This document shows, one piece after another, positions 59,594 through 64,000 of a stretch of 64,000 bases of DNA (position 1 is its first letter; every line of letters begins with the position of its first letter). The notes beneath the pieces were generated by a model. The model saw nothing but the letters and a program-made list of their open reading frames with translations. It was not told the DNA's origin and did not search any database. The translations under genes were made by a program, and so were the position numbers. Source of the DNA: an uncultured bacterium (GTDB lineage: Bacteria; Babelota; Babeliae; Babelales; JABCYS01); assembly GCA_963705705.1 (NCBI GenBank), contig CAVPKK010000003.1, positions 1-64,000 of the forward strand, in the 5' to 3' direction.

Positions 59594-59704
59594 CGCGCTC
59601 TGATCCTTCGATCCTTCGATAAACTCAGGAGTAAACCCTTCGACTCGTAAACATATCATCGAAGGACCTCATGCTGAGCCTCGTCGAAGCATCAGGTTGA
59701 GCGC
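59594..59704. repeat. Composite nested palindromic element
   Basis: cgcgctctga-tccttcga-[tccttcga-taaa-ctcagga...]-caggttgagcgcg; same layout as 57917..58026. Confidence 0.85.
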
Positions 59705-59808
59705 GGCTAGCTTGTGTAGTTATTGAAATATTATATTTCCCAAAAATCTTAATGTGTTTTTCAATAACAACAACCGGTAAACTGGCAGCACCATTACAAT
59801 ATGAAAAC

Positions 59809-60159
59809 CTAAGGCTGGAAAAAAAAGCCGTTCAGGCCGCGATATGCAAAATATAAAAAGGCAAAGGTAAAACAGGCAATTTGGCCTCTTAATGACCAGA
59901 CTCCTAATTGATATTCCCTATTGAGCTCAGCAGGATCGCTATTTGCCTCGGTATGTGTAGCACTGAGCCATGCCAAACGTTCAACACTGGTCCATCCCCG
60001 ACGGATACCTTGAGAATGTTGCCATCTGATAAGCTCTTGATTATTGCGGTCTTGGCCGGAGATGGCGTCGCTTTTATTTGGCTCATTCATTGCATGCAAA
60101 GGGATGGTTAAAAGCAGACTCATTGCCAACCAGCTATTAAGATATAGTTTTTTTGTCAT
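59809..60159 (-). CDS. Small secreted protein with a C-terminal TM segment, paralogue of 60185..60532
   Basis: AGGAG SD before ATG 60159; signal ending LHA/M; ELIRWQHSQG and ERLAWLSA shared. Confidence 0.8.
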   Translation of the reverse strand: MTKKLYLNSWLAMSLLLTIPLHAMNEPNKSDAISGQDRNNQELIRWQHSQGIRRGWTSVERLAWLSATHTEANSDPAELNREYQLGVWSLRGQIACFTFAFLYFAYRGLNGFFFQP

Positions 60160-60184
60160 GCGTGCTCCTAGCAATTTATGAAAA

Positions 60185-60532
60185 TTATGGCTGGAAAAAA
60201 CTTGTCGTGGCCTGATAAACGATATAGGTGAGGGCAACAGTAAAACAGACAATTTGGCCTCTTAATGACCAGACTTGCAACTGATATTCCCTATTGAGCG
60301 CATCAGGATTGTTATTTGCTTGGGTATATATAGCACTGAGCCACGCCAAACGTTCAGTACTGCTCCATTCTCGCTGGACACCTTGAGAATGTTGCCATCT
60401 AATAAGCTCTTGATTATTACGGTTGTCTTGGCCGGAGATGGCATCATTTCTGTTAGATTCATTCATTGCATGCAAAAGAATGGTTGAAAGCATGCTCGTT
60501 ACCAAACAAATATGTAGGTATTTTTTTATCAC
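60185..60532 (-). CDS. Small secreted protein with a C-terminal TM segment, paralogue of 59809..60159
   Basis: AGGAG SD before GTG; tandem duplicate. Confidence 0.8.
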   Translation of the reverse strand: MIKKYLHICLVTSMLSTILLHAMNESNRNDAISGQDNRNNQELIRWQHSQGVQREWSSTERLAWLSAIYTQANNNPDALNREYQLQVWSLRGQIVCFTVALTYIVYQATTSFFQP

Positions 60533-60606
60533 GATTTGCTCCTAGCAATTGACGAAATATTGGAGCTAAGGATATAAATTTTCGCGGCAAGATAAATAGT
60601 AGCGTT

Positions 60607-62082
60607 TTACGAGTAGATCATTTTTGCTACTTGGGTTCGTAGAGCCGTAGGGAAATCGCCCTTAGGAAGCTGGGCAATGTTCGCGCGAATCGTCTTATCA
60701 TATTCAGGGTCAAGCAGATATTTATCAACGATTTTATTGAGCCAGCGGTAGCCAGTAACAACATCGCCAAGTTTGTACTTGCGAGCGAATTCAAGGTTGA
60801 AGGCCTCTACTTCGAGTGATCCATAAATATTGTCCAAGATCATCGGAACGCCGGAATATATACCTTCGCAAAAGCTACAGGTGCCAGTTTTTGTAATTAA
60901 TACATTGGCGACTGCCATAAGATCTGCAATGCGCGTGGTAAACCCAACGGTTGATATGCTGATATGAGGTGGGAATTCTAAGGCGGAAATCTTAGTTCTC
61001 AAATCTTCGCTGCGGCCAACGCATGCCACAATATGCATAGGAGTTTTGCTTTTTATGAGCCGTTTCACGTATTTTTGGCAAGCCCGAGACCCGGAAGCGC
61101 CCATGAGAATCATCACAACTTTTTTATCTGCTGGGATACCGAAATCTTGTTTAATTTTCGGAATATTCTTTTTTTCAAAAAAGCTTGGCCGGATAGGGAA
61201 ACCAGAAACGGTAATTTGTTCTGGTAATAAATCTGCAAATGCAATTTTTTCACGCACCTGGGGATCATCAAATGCCATAAAATAATGAAATTTGCCATAA
61301 CGCGGTGCCTTCATACCATTTACAAAAGTATGAGCATCAATATCAGTTGGGATAAGAATGAACGGGATATTTAATTGCTGCGCTGCATCAAGTGATGACC
61401 CATTGATCAATGGCATCACAGATATAAGTAAATCAACTTTGTTTTGTTCCAGATACGAAAGAAAGATTTTAGTAATTGATTCCTTCAGCCATGAAGTAAA
61501 TATCGCGCCAGTTTTTGTATAGAGATTGGAGAGCCAATACAGGTTATTTCTGAGGAGCCAATTATAAAAATCCTCGGCATCGACAGCTGAAAACGTCGCC
61601 ATTTTAATAAAATCATAACCCTTAAGCAGTTCGCCGGTGATATTGATCGAAACAATATCGTAATCAGGTCGTAGGTAATCAGTTATCGCAGACGTTGCTG
61701 TCATGTGACCGCCACCACCATTGCAAGTAAAGATCAAAACCTTCTTGCGTTTTGGCTTAAGTTTAGCACTCGCATTCACGGCTGATGTTACCGTTGTTTG
61801 TAGCTCATTAAGAATTGAGGCTTCAAGGTGGCTAAGCAAAGAAACCTGCGAAAGGGCAAGCATATAGGTGAAGCGATACAAACGACTGCATCTTTTAACT
61901 CGAAAGAGCAAAAAAGCCACTGACGTGGCTAGCATTTGGTTTTTGTTGTTTATGCCTCGGTGACCCTCGGCATGGAAACTGCTCTTCATTCGCTTGAGCC
62001 ACTTCTGGCTCAGACTCATTACGTTGGTTTTCATATGCCCCCAGTATAGCCAGGTAGTAAAATTATGCACCTTGGGCAACAT
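60607..62082 (-). CDS. MGDG synthase / UgtP-like glycosyltransferase (GT28-like); true start probably downstream
   Basis: KVLIF....GGGH, IPTD, SGFPIRPSF, GFT..IADLMAVA...ITK.G. Confidence 0.85.
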   Translation of the reverse strand: MLPKVHNFTTWLYWGHMKTNVMSLSQKWLKRMKSSFHAEGHRGINNKNQMLATSVAFLLFRVKRCSRLYRFTYMLALSQVSLLSHLEASILNELQTTVTSAVNASAKLKPKRKKVLIFTCNGGGGHMTATSAITDYLRPDYDIVSINITGELLKGYDFIKMATFSAVDAEDFYNWLLRNNLYWLSNLYTKTGAIFTSWLKESITKIFLSYLEQNKVDLLISVMPLINGSSLDAAQQLNIPFILIPTDIDAHTFVNGMKAPRYGKFHYFMAFDDPQVREKIAFADLLPEQITVSGFPIRPSFFEKKNIPKIKQDFGIPADKKVVMILMGASGSRACQKYVKRLIKSKTPMHIVACVGRSEDLRTKISALEFPPHISISTVGFTTRIADLMAVANVLITKTGTCSFCEGIYSGVPMILDNIYGSLEVEAFNLEFARKYKLGDVVTGYRWLNKIVDKYLLDPEYDKTIRANIAQLPKGDFPTALRTQVAKMIYS

Positions 62083-62242
62083 TTGCCAGGTATGACCACA
62101 CCAAAAGAAAGATCAAAAAGGCTATTAAAAGCCCAAAAACTACAAGGCGCCGGGCATCGACCTTTTCAATGCCCATAAATCTGGTTAATGCCGTAATTCC
62201 TCCAAGCTTAAATAAAAGATTTCGCAAAATTTCATACAACAT
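62063..62242 (-). CDS. Small membrane protein
   Basis: One strong TM segment; ATG 62242 overlaps the upstream stop region. Confidence 0.5.
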   Translation of the reverse strand: MLYEILRNLLFKLGGITALTRFMGIEKVDARRLVVFGLLIAFLIFLLVWSYLANVAQGA

Positions 62243-62897
62243 GTTTATTCTCGTATTTAATTTTGTCTTCTCTCGGTCGGGTATGTGAAACATATCTAAT
62301 CTGCCGTCGCAATATGCTAAAGCTCCACAATAATGACGCCAAAGACATTACTGACGAAAATATATGCATTCTAAAGCTAATGTCGGCCATTATTGGGGTA
62401 AGTTTCTTGAGGAGCTTGAGCTGTTTGTACCCTTTAAAAAATCCATGAATCTGTGAAATCGCCTCAAGTTTAAAATAAAACCAGACAAGGGATCCGATAA
62501 GCACACATAAGAAAATAAAGAGAATAAGCACAGAAACTTGAATGGTAATTGGCACGCTCAGGCACATAAATCTCATAATAAATTGCTTATTGTCCCCAGA
62601 CCGATTGGTGAGGTAGCAAAAGAGTGTCCCGATACCTACGATAATAAGTACCCCAAGATCAATGTAATAATTATAGTCGTGATAGATTACCAGGGGTTGG
62701 ACATCTGGGGCCATGATAGCAAGGCCGTCATTAAATAGCCGATAGATCAGGCGATAAAAACCAGGGATCCAGTTTGAACCCATCAGCCCAGTCGGGACGT
62801 ATAGCATGATGAGCAGAAAGTATTTTGCCTGCTCCTGAGCAGATACGTTTCCCTCCCTTAAATCATGTGCCAGTTGGCGATAGCTCCATAAATACAT
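62232..62897 (-). CDS. Hypothetical multi-pass membrane protein
   Basis: GGAG SD; about 4 hydrophobic segments. Confidence 0.7.
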   Translation of the reverse strand: MYLWSYRQLAHDLREGNVSAQEQAKYFLLIMLYVPTGLMGSNWIPGFYRLIYRLFNDGLAIMAPDVQPLVIYHDYNYYIDLGVLIIVGIGTLFCYLTNRSGDNKQFIMRFMCLSVPITIQVSVLILFIFLCVLIGSLVWFYFKLEAISQIHGFFKGYKQLKLLKKLTPIMADISFRMHIFSSVMSLASLLWSFSILRRQIRYVSHTRPREDKIKYENKHVV

Positions 62898-63122
62898 AAC
62901 TTCTCCCTAGCTTAGGGTAGCCTGGAAGGTTTGACCCCTGCAATATTTGGCCTGGAAAGTGGGTTTTTTGCCCTATGGACCGCTAGATATAATTTAAGAT
63001 TGCGATATCTTAGGCGGACCTATTTTTATAACCCTTAAACCTGAGCCATGCGAAACCACCGGCAAAGCTGATCCAAGCGATCGCGTCGGCGGATGCACCC
63101 TCAGCCACCTTTCGGAGTATTC

Positions 63123-64000
63123 ATGTCAAAAGAAAGAATTCGTTCCTCCCAATTTGCCAACGTTAACCTGCTTGATGAATCAGGCTTAGAACTGAATCAA
63201 GAACAACGAGCGACGGTTAATGAGCTCTATCAAGGCATTGAAAAATTGCGACCTGGCCAATTAGTAAAAGGTACCGTTTTACGCGTTGATAATGACGGTG
63301 TTTTACTAGATATCGGCTACAAATCAGATGGCTTAATATCTGCCCATGAATTTGGCCATGATCTGAGAAAAATTAAGGTTGGGGAAGAACTCGAAGTTAT
63401 ATTGGACGAACTGGAAAGCCCAGAAGGCGCCGTTGTCCTATCATATGAAAAAGCTCGTGAACTCCGGGCGTGGGAAAGCATTACTAAGCTATTTGAAGAC
63501 GGTAAGCCAGTCGAAGGTCTCATCACTCATAAGGTTAAGGGTGGCTTGAGTGTCGATATTGGAATCCCTGCCTTCCTTCCAGGCTCACAAGTTGATATCC
63601 AGCGTGTTAATGATTTCGATCAATTTGTTGGTCAAACCGTTACAGCTGACATTATTAAAATTAACCGTAAACGCGGTAACGTTATCCTTTCTCGCCGTAA
63701 GTACCTCCACAATCTCCGTACCGAATCTCGCAAGAAAGTGCTTGATTCATTGGCTGCTGAAAGCGTGGTACAAGGCGTGGTTAAGAACATTACCAACTAT
63801 GGCGTGTTCGTAGATATTGGCGGCATTGATGGTCTATTACACATTACTGATATGACATGGGGTCGCATTGCGCATCCAAGTGAAATCGTAAAAGTGGGCG
63901 ATACTATCACCGTTAAGGTTCTTTCAATCGACAAAGACAATGCCAAGGTATCATTGGGCATGAAACAGCTCACCGATAACCCATGGAGTGCAGTCGATGG
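63123..64000 (+). CDS. rpsA: 30S ribosomal protein S1 (runs off the window end; absent from the ORF track)
   Basis: Manual translation from ATG 63123: DIGYKSDGLI, VKGGLSVDIGIPAFLPGSQVD, NITNYGVFVDIGGIDGLLHITDMTWGRIAHPSE. Confidence 0.96.
   Translation, partial: MSKERIRSSQFANVNLLDESGLELNQEQRATVNELYQGIEKLRPGQLVKGTVLRVDNDGVLLDIGYKSDGLISAHEFGHDLRKIKVGEELEVILDELESPEGAVVLSYEKARELRAWESITKLFEDGKPVEGLITHKVKGGLSVDIGIPAFLPGSQVDIQRVNDFDQFVGQTVTADIIKINRKRGNVILSRRKYLHNLRTESRKKVLDSLAAESVVQGVVKNITNYGVFVDIGGIDGLLHITDMTWGRIAHPSEIVKVGDTITVKVLSIDKDNAKVSLGMKQLTDNPWSAVD

Noticed and set aside
63317..63813. Short ORFs 63317..63526 and 63550..63813
   Set aside because: Lie within rpsA in other frames

Overview
Bacterial chromosomal window. 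Housekeeping genes are rho, tsaD, smpB, ssrA/tmRNA, pth, skp, alaS, a transaldolase-family gene, uvrB, bamA, leuS, brnQ and a partial rpsA. They are interleaved with many lineage-specific, signal-peptide-bearing genes with eukaryote-like features (LRR, ankyrin-like, RGG-rich, NLS-like). This profile suggests a protist-associated intracellular bacterium such as Dependentiae/TM6, which is inference only. Main observations: (1) a 17-kb tandem array of 14 secreted LRR + split-ankyrin paralogues with 1-7 variable 24-aa LRRs and combinatorially shuffled C-terminal cassettes and tails; (2) a family of short palindromic elements (core TCCTGAG-N4-TCGAAGGA) at 12 clear loci, which nest inside themselves, show compensatory stem changes, insert in frame into tsaD (3 times), alaS and a P-type ATPase, and appear in decayed form in four LRR-gene tails; (3) a recurring 'ankyrin repeat split by a large insert' architecture; (4) a tmRNA, a likely 6S RNA and the 5' part of rpsA, none of which is in the ORF track. 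No CRISPR array, transposase, integrase or reverse transcriptase was seen.
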